A DNA stretch of 64,000 nt, from the NCBI GenBank assembly GCA_025336685.1, contig GCA_025336685.1_4717.1; one strand, written 5' to 3'. Source of the DNA: Escherichia coli (lineage in GTDB: Bacteria; Pseudomonadota; Gammaproteobacteria; Enterobacterales; Enterobacteriaceae). A program made the position numbers and the translations under genes. The notes below the pieces were generated by a model that ran no database searches, was not told where the DNA came from, and was given only the letters and a program-made list of their open reading frames with translations. This document shows, one piece after another, positions 19,099 through 28,453 of this stretch (positions are counted from its first letter, which is position 1; every line of letters begins with the position of its first letter).

Positions 19099-20034
19099 TT
19101 AGCCTTGTTCTTCTGGAGAACGACCCTGGAGGCTTGCGGTATGTCCGTCGACGTTGTAATAGAAAATCAATGGACCGCCGACAGCAGTACAGTAGTTTTC
19201 ATCCAGACTGATCTCGATACCGTATTGGTAACCTGCTCGTGCTGGAATACGTCCGCCTAACTCGCCGTTGAAAGCCACTTTAGCGTTATACAGGTTATAC
19301 GGTGCGATGTTGTCGTCTAATACCCAACGATCGGCGGTCATTTCAGCCAGAAGATCGGCGACCACCACATCGCTAATGACCGTACCTGTTACCAGCGAAG
19401 CCAGCAACTCACCGTAATCGGAAGTATCACGACTGTAGCTGTAGATTTCACCGCTAGCGCGTACGCCTTGTCCGAAGAACTTAAGACCATCAAGCTCTTT
19501 GATTGCGATAATATCATCAAGATTCGGTACACGCGATTTCATCAAGATACGAACACTTCCCGTCCAAGCCAGGCAATCAGATACGACACGGAGCAATTGT
19601 CCGTTAACGGTATCCCAGTTAAGTTCGTCGTTGACAATTTCTTCTGCGGTAAGGCCGAGACCGAAACGTTCTTTGATGATAGGCCAGATATCACGCATCT
19701 TGGTGGCATCTGGTGCATCGATAAGAATAGGTGCTACGTTACGTAGATACGCACCGATGTTAATACGATCGTAATACAGCGTCGTCGAACCTTCGTAATC
19801 GTCTAACTCGGTAAGCTTAGCGGTTGCCGTTGCCGTAATCTGGGTATCGCGCTCGTAGGCGCTTTGGTTGGTGGTTGGTGTCCCTAAAACCAATAATTCA
19901 GGGGTTAGAACATGTTCTCCGTTCTGAGGTGGGTTATCGTGGTTGATAAGACCATACACGAGATCGGATGAGGGTAAAGAGACGTCGACCGGGTAAAGTT
20001 CGGTGTCGTCAATAGTTGTTACCGTATCACTCAC
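19099..20034 (-). CDS. hypothetical (probable virion) protein, paralogue family B
   Basis: ORF track 19099..20046 (GTG); second GTG (V5) has GGAGG RBS 5 nt upstream; YYDRINIGAY block. Confidence 0.65.
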   Translation of the reverse strand: MSDTVTTIDDTELYPVDVSLPSSDLVYGLINHDNPPQNGEHVLTPELLVLGTPTTNQSAYERDTQITATATAKLTELDDYEGSTTLYYDRINIGAYLRNVAPILIDAPDATKMRDIWPIIKERFGLGLTAEEIVNDELNWDTVNGQLLRVVSDCLAWTGSVRILMKSRVPNLDDIIAIKELDGLKFFGQGVRASGEIYSYSRDTSDYGELLASLVTGTVISDVVVADLLAEMTADRWVLDDNIAPYNLYNAKVAFNGELGGRIPARAGYQYGIEISLDENYCTAVGGPLIFYYNVDGHTASLQGRSPEEQG

Positions 20035-20093
20035 GGTGACCTCCACGCCAGGAATTAATTAAAAAAGACTTTACGATTTGCTGCGCTATCACG

Positions 20094-22505
20094 TTAAGCG
20101 TCCTCGATAGGCAAAGGTTTAACAATCAAACGATTGAGCGGATTCGATAGACGCATACTGACAGGCTTATACGCAACATGATTCGTCTCACTTAGAACCG
20201 CTGACCTGAAACGACCATTCACCTGTTTGTAGATTGGATCTATCCAAAGACCTTGAAGGTCGCGCTTACGGAAACGTTGTTCGAACGGTTTGATCGGGTT
20301 TATGGTCAGCCCATGCAGCGACTCCGACAGTAAACGCTCACGAAGGTCGCGTGGTGCCCGACCCGGGAACGGTGCAAGCCACAAACCATCGAGTGGGTTT
20401 TTACGGAAACGTAACGAGATGGGATCACTGATGACTTGTGCCCAATATTGCGTACTGAATCGAACCGTTTGGGTATTCTCGTAACCGCTACAGTCACACC
20501 AGGTTGGTTTCGGAGGTGCTTCCAAACTTTCAACCACCGATTCGCGCCAGTTCGTCATCGGGTTGTTATCATGTACGAATTTGATAACTTCCGTAGCCTG
20601 GTTATCCGTATCATGAACGTTTGCCTGTGCCCAGTCTTCCCACAGTTCTTCACTACCACTTACTAAACTCGAACCAAGACGAACGGCGATTTTGTTTAGT
20701 GGTTTGATTGGATCACTGTTGATTGTCTGGATAAAATGGATGGTGTAACTACTCAATGTCTTAAGCAGCTGCAGCATTCCGTATTGAATATCCTTAAGAC
20801 TGGTGACATCTTCCAAATCTTGACCGGTGGCCTTTGTGAAGATATCGAGAGCCAGAATTCCCGCCTCTTCTTGACTGATTGCGTCAAGCTCCCAATCCAT
20901 CGCTAAGAACCATTCCTTGTAAAGCTGCCCAATACCGAAGTCGACACCAACATCCATGTAAAAGTTTTCAACGATGGCTTCAGCCATACCTCGAGCTTGA
21001 TAATGCTCTTGGAGCTGGTACATGAACTGATGACGACGCCAGCCCTGGTAGATCTCGGTAACGACGTTGAGAAACTCTTCAGTACTGACGACCGGACGCA
21101 ATGTTACTTGCTTATCCAAACACCACCAGATCAGTTTATCGGGAATGATAGCGGGATCGGTAATGCTACGGAGATGGTCGAATGTCGGTAGCGTTAACAC
21201 CCTGACATGGTTAGCATGGATCTTAGGTACTTCAATCAGCGTCATGCCCATCGAATAGTTCAGCAAATACAAGAACAGCTTGTATGCATCTTTCATCGAC
21301 ATCGTCATGGTATCACCCGTCACCGGGTTGGTTGTCGTTAACCGTGACTGGTACATGCCTATAGCGCTAAGATGAATCCATTCGTTCAGTAGGAAATCAT
21401 ACTTAGGATACAATTCACTGTCTGTAAGGTCTTCCGCTTCACTTTCCAACACCTTGGTCGTTAAGGTGTTGTTGTCATGCATCGACATTTTCTCTATCGT
21501 GCGGTTAAGCTCGGTATAATACTCCGCTTCGTTATCCCGCGCTAAAGGGAACTGTTGCTGCATCACGGTGGTGACCTTACGCCTTACCGTGCCGTTGCCG
21601 ACGATCTCTTGAAGGTTAAGTGGTTTACGCTCCATGTAAACGGTAGGTTTTAACGTCTGAGGTATCTCGGAAGCGTCTTGTTTGATCGAGAACGCACCGA
21701 TTGGAATTCCACGTTCGGTTAATACCTTTTGAATGAGCTTATCGTAGTTTTCCGTTCTGCCCATGTTTCTTTCAACGTAAGCAATGTTACGATAAAACCA
21801 GAGCATTTGAGATTCGGTCATGTATCGCTCGAATCGATCAAGACCTTGATGGCTTGCCAGATAACTCCAGATATGGAAGCTATGGGCATAATGGGTATGA
21901 CAGTTTTCCCAACGAATACCTTTTATCATCTCAGGTATTTGTGTGAATAGAATGGCGTATAACGCAGGCCAATGAAGCATATCGACGCTTTCATACGCCG
22001 GGTGTTCCCAACGTCTAAAGTAATCATCGATTTCTTGCTGTAAGCGTGGAATAAGATTGGCCTCGCGCGATTCAACCTCTCGTGTATCGTACCAGAGAAT
22101 CTCATGATTGCGTGCCGCAATTGCTTTCTCGATATCGATGGGGTTAAGGATACCCAAGATCAACATACGTTGTTCTGGATACCGCGCAATTAAACGATTG
22201 AAATAATCTCCGCCGTACGCGTATTCCCTTGCTGTCATGCGATGTCGTAACATGTTTTCCTTGGTGAACTCGATCTCTTCGAGCGTATCCAGGGAATTTA
22301 CGGTCATCATTGTCTGACAAGGATGATACTCGCCAGCGAGATTCATGTAGTATAACCACGTGCGTGGGTCGTCCCCGACGGCCATCTGGTAGACTTCGGA
22401 AACCTTGAGGTTTAACCGTTCTGCCGTGATGTCGCTTTTAATAATCAGGGTGTCCGTTAGACGCTGCACGCTTTCCGAATAAAGCTGATAGTCAGTGTTG
22501 GACAC
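20094..22505 (-). CDS. large hypothetical protein (about 803 aa)
   Basis: ORF track 20094..22574 begins at TTG without RBS; in-frame GTG at 22505 has GGAGGA RBS 6 nt upstream and removes the head-on overlap with 22533..25439. Confidence 0.65.
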   Translation of the reverse strand: MSNTDYQLYSESVQRLTDTLIIKSDITAERLNLKVSEVYQMAVGDDPRTWLYYMNLAGEYHPCQTMMTVNSLDTLEEIEFTKENMLRHRMTAREYAYGGDYFNRLIARYPEQRMLILGILNPIDIEKAIAARNHEILWYDTREVESREANLIPRLQQEIDDYFRRWEHPAYESVDMLHWPALYAILFTQIPEMIKGIRWENCHTHYAHSFHIWSYLASHQGLDRFERYMTESQMLWFYRNIAYVERNMGRTENYDKLIQKVLTERGIPIGAFSIKQDASEIPQTLKPTVYMERKPLNLQEIVGNGTVRRKVTTVMQQQFPLARDNEAEYYTELNRTIEKMSMHDNNTLTTKVLESEAEDLTDSELYPKYDFLLNEWIHLSAIGMYQSRLTTTNPVTGDTMTMSMKDAYKLFLYLLNYSMGMTLIEVPKIHANHVRVLTLPTFDHLRSITDPAIIPDKLIWWCLDKQVTLRPVVSTEEFLNVVTEIYQGWRRHQFMYQLQEHYQARGMAEAIVENFYMDVGVDFGIGQLYKEWFLAMDWELDAISQEEAGILALDIFTKATGQDLEDVTSLKDIQYGMLQLLKTLSSYTIHFIQTINSDPIKPLNKIAVRLGSSLVSGSEELWEDWAQANVHDTDNQATEVIKFVHDNNPMTNWRESVVESLEAPPKPTWCDCSGYENTQTVRFSTQYWAQVISDPISLRFRKNPLDGLWLAPFPGRAPRDLRERLLSESLHGLTINPIKPFEQRFRKRDLQGLWIDPIYKQVNGRFRSAVLSETNHVAYKPVSMRLSNPLNRLIVKPLPIEDA

Positions 22506-22532
22506 GATCGGTCCTCCAAGGAGCCAGTGTAA

Positions 22533-25439
22533 ATGAACGATATAAATAAAGGGCGCGTCGCCCTCGAACGTCAAATGAGCAATAATGACGTTGCGAAGGC
22601 ACTCATGAACAAATTTGTCGCTCCTGCTCCGCAGTCACGTCTTTATAATACACGTGATGCGGAAGGAGCGAGCGGTCGTTTCGGGTTAGTTGTTCCCGAC
22701 CAAATGACGATGAACACGGTTACGCGTGCGACCGCGACAAACATCGAGGATAATAAAAACATCCTCGAGTTGTTCCCTGAACTTAAACGCGTGATGCAGA
22801 TCTACGTTGCCGCGTTGACGAACCCTAACGATCTTAAGACGGTCGAGATGTTTATCGATAGCGAAGATTTCCCGGGTAGGGTCGCAGAAATCGTTCAGCC
22901 GATGATCGATACCATCGACACGCATTTTAAGAATATCTATAAAATAAAGACGCTTATCCCTCGTATCATCGAAGACGTCTTCTTTATCAAGGGCAGTTAT
23001 AACTTCGTTGTTCTGCCAGAAAGCACGCTCGACCGCGCTATTAATGGTAACGGTCAACTGAAACTTGAAGAATACGGGTTTAGAGACAACCATTTCGCAA
23101 GTTGGGGGCTTTTAGGTAACGACAGTCGCAAACGTCACGAAAATCAATTACCTTCGACGGTCTCGATGGAAGATTATTTCTCGGGCGTTAATGAAACCAT
23201 ACCGTACGATCCCGTTGTCCGTATAGACAGCATTAAGTTTACCAATACCCTGCTTCGTGATAAGGACGGTAAATTCATTGAAGCGAAGATCGATATTCCG
23301 GATATGGTTACGGTTGTCGATAACCCAGATATTCTCCGCATGCCTATTTTGCATCAACGTCGAGCAGCGACAGCGGTGCAACGCGCGTTACGCACGAACA
23401 CGTTAGGAGGTAGTGGTTTGGTAACACTGTCAGGTGATCCAACCCTAACCGCTAACCGACGTGAGCTGTCGCAAGAACAGGTTAACGAGATTTGGAATAA
23501 ACTCAACATCCAACGTCACACCAAGGTATCTCCCGTTTACGCGCTGGCAACCCCAGATACGCTTGATCGTCAAAGCGTTGGCCATCCTGGTGTGATGCAC
23601 GTACCACCTGAGGCATTAGAACCCGTACATGCACCAGGTGATCCGGAGAACCATATCGGGTATTTAGTTCAGTTGGATGAGTTTGGTTATCCGGTGCGTT
23701 TGGTTGAGGATGCTGCGTATTACAAGCAGTTGGAAGGTCGGTTGTCGAAGATCACCGCGGATATCGCGGGTACGTCAAGCAACGGCATGGCGAGCGAGAT
23801 GATCGGTGCGGCCAAGAACATGATCCAAGGTACGTCGTGTAATCAAGTAGACATGTCGGCCTTCGTGTCATCGTACGAATCATTGATGCAACGCTACATC
23901 GTTGAACGAATCGTCAACGGTTATCTTGGTAGTGCGGTGGAGATCGGTGCGACATCATCGTTTTACCTATCGATGCTTGCTCGCAGTCTCGCCCACAAGC
24001 AGACCCGTGTTTTGTTTATTCCTCGAGAGATGGTGACATACATCGCTTATGAATACAACAAATACGGTATTGGTCGTTCACTGCTTGAAAGTACGAAGAT
24101 GATCTCGTCGCAACGAGCCATGCTCATGGTTCAAGAACTGATGGCGAAAATCAAAAGTTCGTTGAACTATACGACGCTAAGTGTAATGCTTGAAGATACC
24201 GACAGAAACCCGGTCGATACCGTCGAACAGGCACTACATAGTTTCGCTCGCGTCTACCAGTCTGGTTTCCCGTTGGGTGAAACTAACCCAATGGACATCA
24301 TCAACGCATACGAACGAAGCTCGATTCGATTGAAGGTTGAGGGGAATAACCCACGCTTCCCGAAATTGAATACGGACGTCAGCGTTGAGCAGCGTAACTA
24401 TCAGTCTCCTGATAATGAATTGATGGATCGTTACCGTCGTGACCACTTCATGGGTTTGGGAGTTTCTCCAGAGATTATCGATACTTCCTACCAATCTGAA
24501 TTCGCGGCTTCTGTGATTACCGCTAACGCGATGCAAGAGAAGCAGTTCACGGTTTGTCGTGAGGTTATCACGAACGGATTAACTGATCACATCAAGAAGT
24601 ACACGGCTTACAGTCCTGTATTGTTGACGTCGCTACGAAACACGGTTCGTGCGAACATGTCTAAGCTCTCCCAAGCACAATTGAAACAGCTTTTTGGTAG
24701 CGATTTCGAAAACGGCGTTATTCGTAACGTTAATGCTTATCAGGAGATCGACGACCAGTCAGCAACAATGGACCTGGATTATTCTAAACCGGAAGTTCAG
24801 GAAGTTATTGCCGATGCTTATGTATCCATGTTCTTAAACAGTCTGCAGGTGCGTTTACCGAACAGCAATGCTCGCCGCCTTGAAGATCAGGTACGTGAAT
24901 ATAATCAGTACAAGGAAGCGATTACAGCGCAACTTGATGATTATTTAACGCCTGATTACGTCATGGGTCTGGGTGGGGTTGATGAAACAACACTGCAGAT
25001 GATCCGTGCATGCATTATTGGTACCGCGATGCGTACATGGGCAAAAGAGAACAACTTCAATCAGGAGCTGGCTGATCTCTTCAGTCTCGACGATAAGAAG
25101 AATGCCGTGCAAGATTGGAAACGTGCATCCATGGAACATATTGAAATCATGGGTAAATGCATGGGTGATTTTGCATTGTATATTCAGAATCTGACGAAGA
25201 AGATTGAAGAGAAGATGGGAGATCAAGCACAGGACGGCAGCGTTTCATCTGATGGTTCTTGGTCGTCTGATTCAAGTAGTGATACCGGTTCTTCTGATGA
25301 CTTTGGCGGTGATGATTTCGGGGATACCGATTTCGATACCGAAACGATGGAGGAAACCTCAACAGAGGAGACAACCACGTCTGAGGATACGACTACCGAT
25401 ACAACGTCAGAAGACGAGACTTCAGGTGATATTGTCTAA
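22533..25439 (+). CDS. large structural-type protein with S/D/T/E-rich acidic C-terminal tail (portal-like feature, speculative)
   Basis: 968-aa ORF, ATG with AAGGAG RBS 9 nt upstream; last 70 aa are low-complexity acidic (SSDGSWSSDSSSDTGSSDDFGGDDFGDTDFDTE...). Confidence 0.75.
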   Translation: MNDINKGRVALERQMSNNDVAKALMNKFVAPAPQSRLYNTRDAEGASGRFGLVVPDQMTMNTVTRATATNIEDNKNILELFPELKRVMQIYVAALTNPNDLKTVEMFIDSEDFPGRVAEIVQPMIDTIDTHFKNIYKIKTLIPRIIEDVFFIKGSYNFVVLPESTLDRAINGNGQLKLEEYGFRDNHFASWGLLGNDSRKRHENQLPSTVSMEDYFSGVNETIPYDPVVRIDSIKFTNTLLRDKDGKFIEAKIDIPDMVTVVDNPDILRMPILHQRRAATAVQRALRTNTLGGSGLVTLSGDPTLTANRRELSQEQVNEIWNKLNIQRHTKVSPVYALATPDTLDRQSVGHPGVMHVPPEALEPVHAPGDPENHIGYLVQLDEFGYPVRLVEDAAYYKQLEGRLSKITADIAGTSSNGMASEMIGAAKNMIQGTSCNQVDMSAFVSSYESLMQRYIVERIVNGYLGSAVEIGATSSFYLSMLARSLAHKQTRVLFIPREMVTYIAYEYNKYGIGRSLLESTKMISSQRAMLMVQELMAKIKSSLNYTTLSVMLEDTDRNPVDTVEQALHSFARVYQSGFPLGETNPMDIINAYERSSIRLKVEGNNPRFPKLNTDVSVEQRNYQSPDNELMDRYRRDHFMGLGVSPEIIDTSYQSEFAASVITANAMQEKQFTVCREVITNGLTDHIKKYTAYSPVLLTSLRNTVRANMSKLSQAQLKQLFGSDFENGVIRNVNAYQEIDDQSATMDLDYSKPEVQEVIADAYVSMFLNSLQVRLPNSNARRLEDQVREYNQYKEAITAQLDDYLTPDYVMGLGGVDETTLQMIRACIIGTAMRTWAKENNFNQELADLFSLDDKKNAVQDWKRASMEHIEIMGKCMGDFALYIQNLTKKIEEKMGDQAQDGSVSSDGSWSSDSSSDTGSSDDFGGDDFGDTDFDTETMEETSTEETTTSEDTTTDTTSEDETSGDIV

Positions 25440-25468
25440 ACGGACGTAAAAAAATAACACATAGTTAA

Positions 25469-25503
25469 CCTTCTCCCCAACCCGATGAGGGAAGGGGAGA
25501 AGG
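25469..25503. terminator. conserved hairpin element, variant copy (loop GATGA)
   Basis: CCTTCTCCCC-AA-CCC-GATGA-GGG-AA-GGGGAGAAGG between convergent genes 22533..25439 and 25516..25797. Confidence 0.55.
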
Positions 25504-25515
25504 GCTATGCGCTAT

Positions 25516-25797
25516 TTAATTATTTCGAGAGGTTAACCACGATTCAATTGCGGTGAGGTTGCATTTCAGTTCACGCCAACTAGGGTGTGGTGGGATCACA
25601 GCACCTTTGTCAATTACGGTTAGCTGAACCTGGTATTTCTGTTGCATACGTGCTACCGTATCGCTTACCGAGAGGAAAAGCTGGTAACGTTCGTACGCTG
25701 TCAGTTCGCGGTCCTGATAAACCGCGTAGGTGGCTAACGTAACTTCGCGTAAGTCCTTTGCGTCCACAGAGACGGTGATGAGTTTATATTGACTCAT
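25516..25797 (-). CDS. small hypothetical protein (93 aa)
   Basis: ATG with AAGGAA RBS. Confidence 0.55.
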   Translation of the reverse strand: MSQYKLITVSVDAKDLREVTLATYAVYQDRELTAYERYQLFLSVSDTVARMQQKYQVQLTVIDKGAVIPPHPSWRELKCNLTAIESWLTSRNN

Positions 25798-25859
25798 ACG
25801 GTTTCCTTATCGACTAGGGTATTGCAAACTACAATACCCGTCATCGGATGATAACTTAA

Positions 25860-28418
25860 TTACTGCTCTTCACGTTCCAACAGATACTCGGAAGCGGTAA
25901 TACCGTTTACCGTACGTACCGCTTTCAGACGAGTATCGTCACTCAGAATCACGGTAACAGACTGCAGACCTTTTACTTTGGTCTCGAAGGTCTTGAATAC
26001 CTGATCCAGCATACGAGCAATGCTTGGGTTGGTTGCAGCCGATGCGTGAGTGTAACCGTTCTGGTTCAGCTTCAGAATCTTGGCGTTGGTTGGTACACGA
26101 AGAACAACATGCGGACGCATTGCGAACACACTGTGGTTAAACCAGTAAGCATCGTTACTATCTTCGTCAGTGACGATGTCTGGATTAACACGCATGTCTT
26201 CGGTAGCCGCACCCGCCAAACGACGTTCGATTTCGTCAGCATCCAGAGAGCCGTCCTTCTCCAGTTCTGCACGATACTCACTCATGGCAACCAGATGACG
26301 TTCACGATTCGCTGCAGATTTTTCGTGAGCGGCTTTCAGGTAGTCATGCATGTTGTACAGTTCTGCCATGGAAAGACGAATGTTCCACTGACCTTCGCCG
26401 TCACGATTGCAGTAGAGACACTTCAGCATGTTGACCCAGGTGTAGTAGCAATTGGAGAACTCATCTTCAATGAACTTCTGATCCATTTTAAGATCGTGAA
26501 TCAGCCAACCGGACAGTTCTCCGATATCATCAACGAAGCTAGAAATGGTGGTTTCAGAGAAGTTCTTCGGTACGATACGTTTGATCAGCTTGTTAACGTC
26601 TTTGGTCATGCTATCATTCAGGAAATGCCAGATACGCAGAGGAATGACATCACGATACTGTTGCATGATCTGACGATAAGCTTTGATATCGTCGCTACGA
26701 CCTTTATCAATAGACAACGCGTCCAGGAATTCATGGATAGCATCCAGCTCTTTGTCGGTATAGGTTCCCAGATAGGAATTGACCGTGGCAAGGAATGCTA
26801 ATGCGTCGTTTTGGTTGACGTCGGTGTTGGTCTGCTGAATGATCGCTACTGCAGCTTTGGTTTCAGCATCCTCAACGCTTGACGCTGCGATTGCGTCGGT
26901 AACAGTAAACAGTTTCATTTCGCGCTGTTCGCCGACAACGATCGGTTCGCGTTGAACCGGTTTGTTAAGACTAACGCGAACAACTTCTGCTTGCGCGATA
27001 CGATCCAGTTTTACCATTTCCTGCTCCGCCATACGACGAGCGGTCGGATCTGATTCAAGTTCGATGTATTCCACTTCTTCCTCCGTGAGGGATGTAATGT
27101 CAACAATGGTTTCATGAAGAATTCCGTTTTCGTCGATACGTGCTCGACGAGCGAAGTGTCTGAAGTCATACAACGTTGGCCAGCGACAATTAGGCGCATA
27201 GTCTTTGGCCTTCAGACGCATCTGCATAAATTCTTCATGTTGAACAACACGACCGTAACGCTTAGCATCTTCGGTCGCATCAATTGGATTAACGGTCTTT
27301 GTTACCGTAGCAGAACGAGCCGTACGAATGGGTTCCGGTTTAGTCTGCACTGGTTCAGGTTGAACGGATTTCTGTTGTCCAGCCTTAACATGCCATTCGG
27401 GTTCTTCGTACCGTTCAGCAAATTGCTCGGCTGCTGCAAAGATATCATTGATACCACCAATATCTCCTTCTGGATTCGTCGAATATATCCGTGGTTGCGG
27501 TGCCTCGTAACGCGGCGCTGAGGTAGCAGATGCGTCGTTAACGACAGGATCGTCATCGCCAACATCATACAAACGGTTGAACGCACAATCCTTCGAATCG
27601 ATGTACGATGGAGTTTGTGGTTGGATAACCGTCGGTCGAGGCTGTGCGCCGTATCCCGGCATTGTTGGAGCCATACCACGCATAACTGCTGGGTTAGGTT
27701 GGTATTGTGGTTGTGGGTAGGTTCCGCCATACGTGGGATATGCAGGCTGTTGCGGTTGACCGTACCCACCACCAACCATCGCATTTGCTTGCGGTCCACG
27801 GTAAGTCATCCCCAGTTGCATCACCTGTTGCTTCAGACCGCGGGACTTCTGCGCTATTTGTGCTAGACTCCCACTTTTATTTAGCTGCGTGTACTTATTC
27901 GCGGCTTCCGGGTTAATGCGCGATAATTCAATCGCACGATAATACTCCGGGTATTGATTGGCTTCAAAGAGCCACGTTACAAGGTGATACAGCGCAACTG
28001 TGCTCACAGCAGCAGAGACGATCTGGTCGTTGGACGCATTCTGCGGCATCGGGTTGATGTAAGAGAATACGTTCCAGCAACAGTCTTCAACAAGCGATTC
28101 CATCATCATGTCGTTATTGGTGTAACGTGAGACGAACTCGGTTTGTATTTTATCCTGTTGGGCGAAGTCTTTCAGGACATTGAAGACAGCTTGACGGATT
28201 TTGACGATCGTCGCTTCTTGGGTGATGAAGTTATAGTTCTGCTGATATGATGGTTGCTGGTACTGTGGTGGTTGATAGGTGTTATTCGGGTATGCGCTGT
28301 ACTGCGGTTGCTGGTACTGTTGTTGGCGAACCTGTTCAGCCGCATAATTAATCGTACTCGCATAAGGGTTTTCGTTGTAGCCCATTTGCTGATACATGTT
28401 GTTACTGCCATTATACAT
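25860..28418 (-). CDS. hypothetical protein with two Q/Y/P-rich low-complexity (prion-like) regions
   Basis: 852 aa, ATG with AAGGA RBS; residues 1-65 (QQQYQQPQYSAYPNNTYQPPQYQQPSYQQNY) and about 205-270 (GGGYGQPQQPAYPTYGGTYPQPQYQPNP...). Confidence 0.75.
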   Translation of the reverse strand: MYNGSNNMYQQMGYNENPYASTINYAAEQVRQQQYQQPQYSAYPNNTYQPPQYQQPSYQQNYNFITQEATIVKIRQAVFNVLKDFAQQDKIQTEFVSRYTNNDMMMESLVEDCCWNVFSYINPMPQNASNDQIVSAAVSTVALYHLVTWLFEANQYPEYYRAIELSRINPEAANKYTQLNKSGSLAQIAQKSRGLKQQVMQLGMTYRGPQANAMVGGGYGQPQQPAYPTYGGTYPQPQYQPNPAVMRGMAPTMPGYGAQPRPTVIQPQTPSYIDSKDCAFNRLYDVGDDDPVVNDASATSAPRYEAPQPRIYSTNPEGDIGGINDIFAAAEQFAERYEEPEWHVKAGQQKSVQPEPVQTKPEPIRTARSATVTKTVNPIDATEDAKRYGRVVQHEEFMQMRLKAKDYAPNCRWPTLYDFRHFARRARIDENGILHETIVDITSLTEEEVEYIELESDPTARRMAEQEMVKLDRIAQAEVVRVSLNKPVQREPIVVGEQREMKLFTVTDAIAASSVEDAETKAAVAIIQQTNTDVNQNDALAFLATVNSYLGTYTDKELDAIHEFLDALSIDKGRSDDIKAYRQIMQQYRDVIPLRIWHFLNDSMTKDVNKLIKRIVPKNFSETTISSFVDDIGELSGWLIHDLKMDQKFIEDEFSNCYYTWVNMLKCLYCNRDGEGQWNIRLSMAELYNMHDYLKAAHEKSAANRERHLVAMSEYRAELEKDGSLDADEIERRLAGAATEDMRVNPDIVTDEDSNDAYWFNHSVFAMRPHVVLRVPTNAKILKLNQNGYTHASAATNPSIARMLDQVFKTFETKVKGLQSVTVILSDDTRLKAVRTVNGITASEYLLEREEQ

Positions 28419-28453
28419 TTCTTACGATCCTTTTTATTTTATTCGGTTATGTG

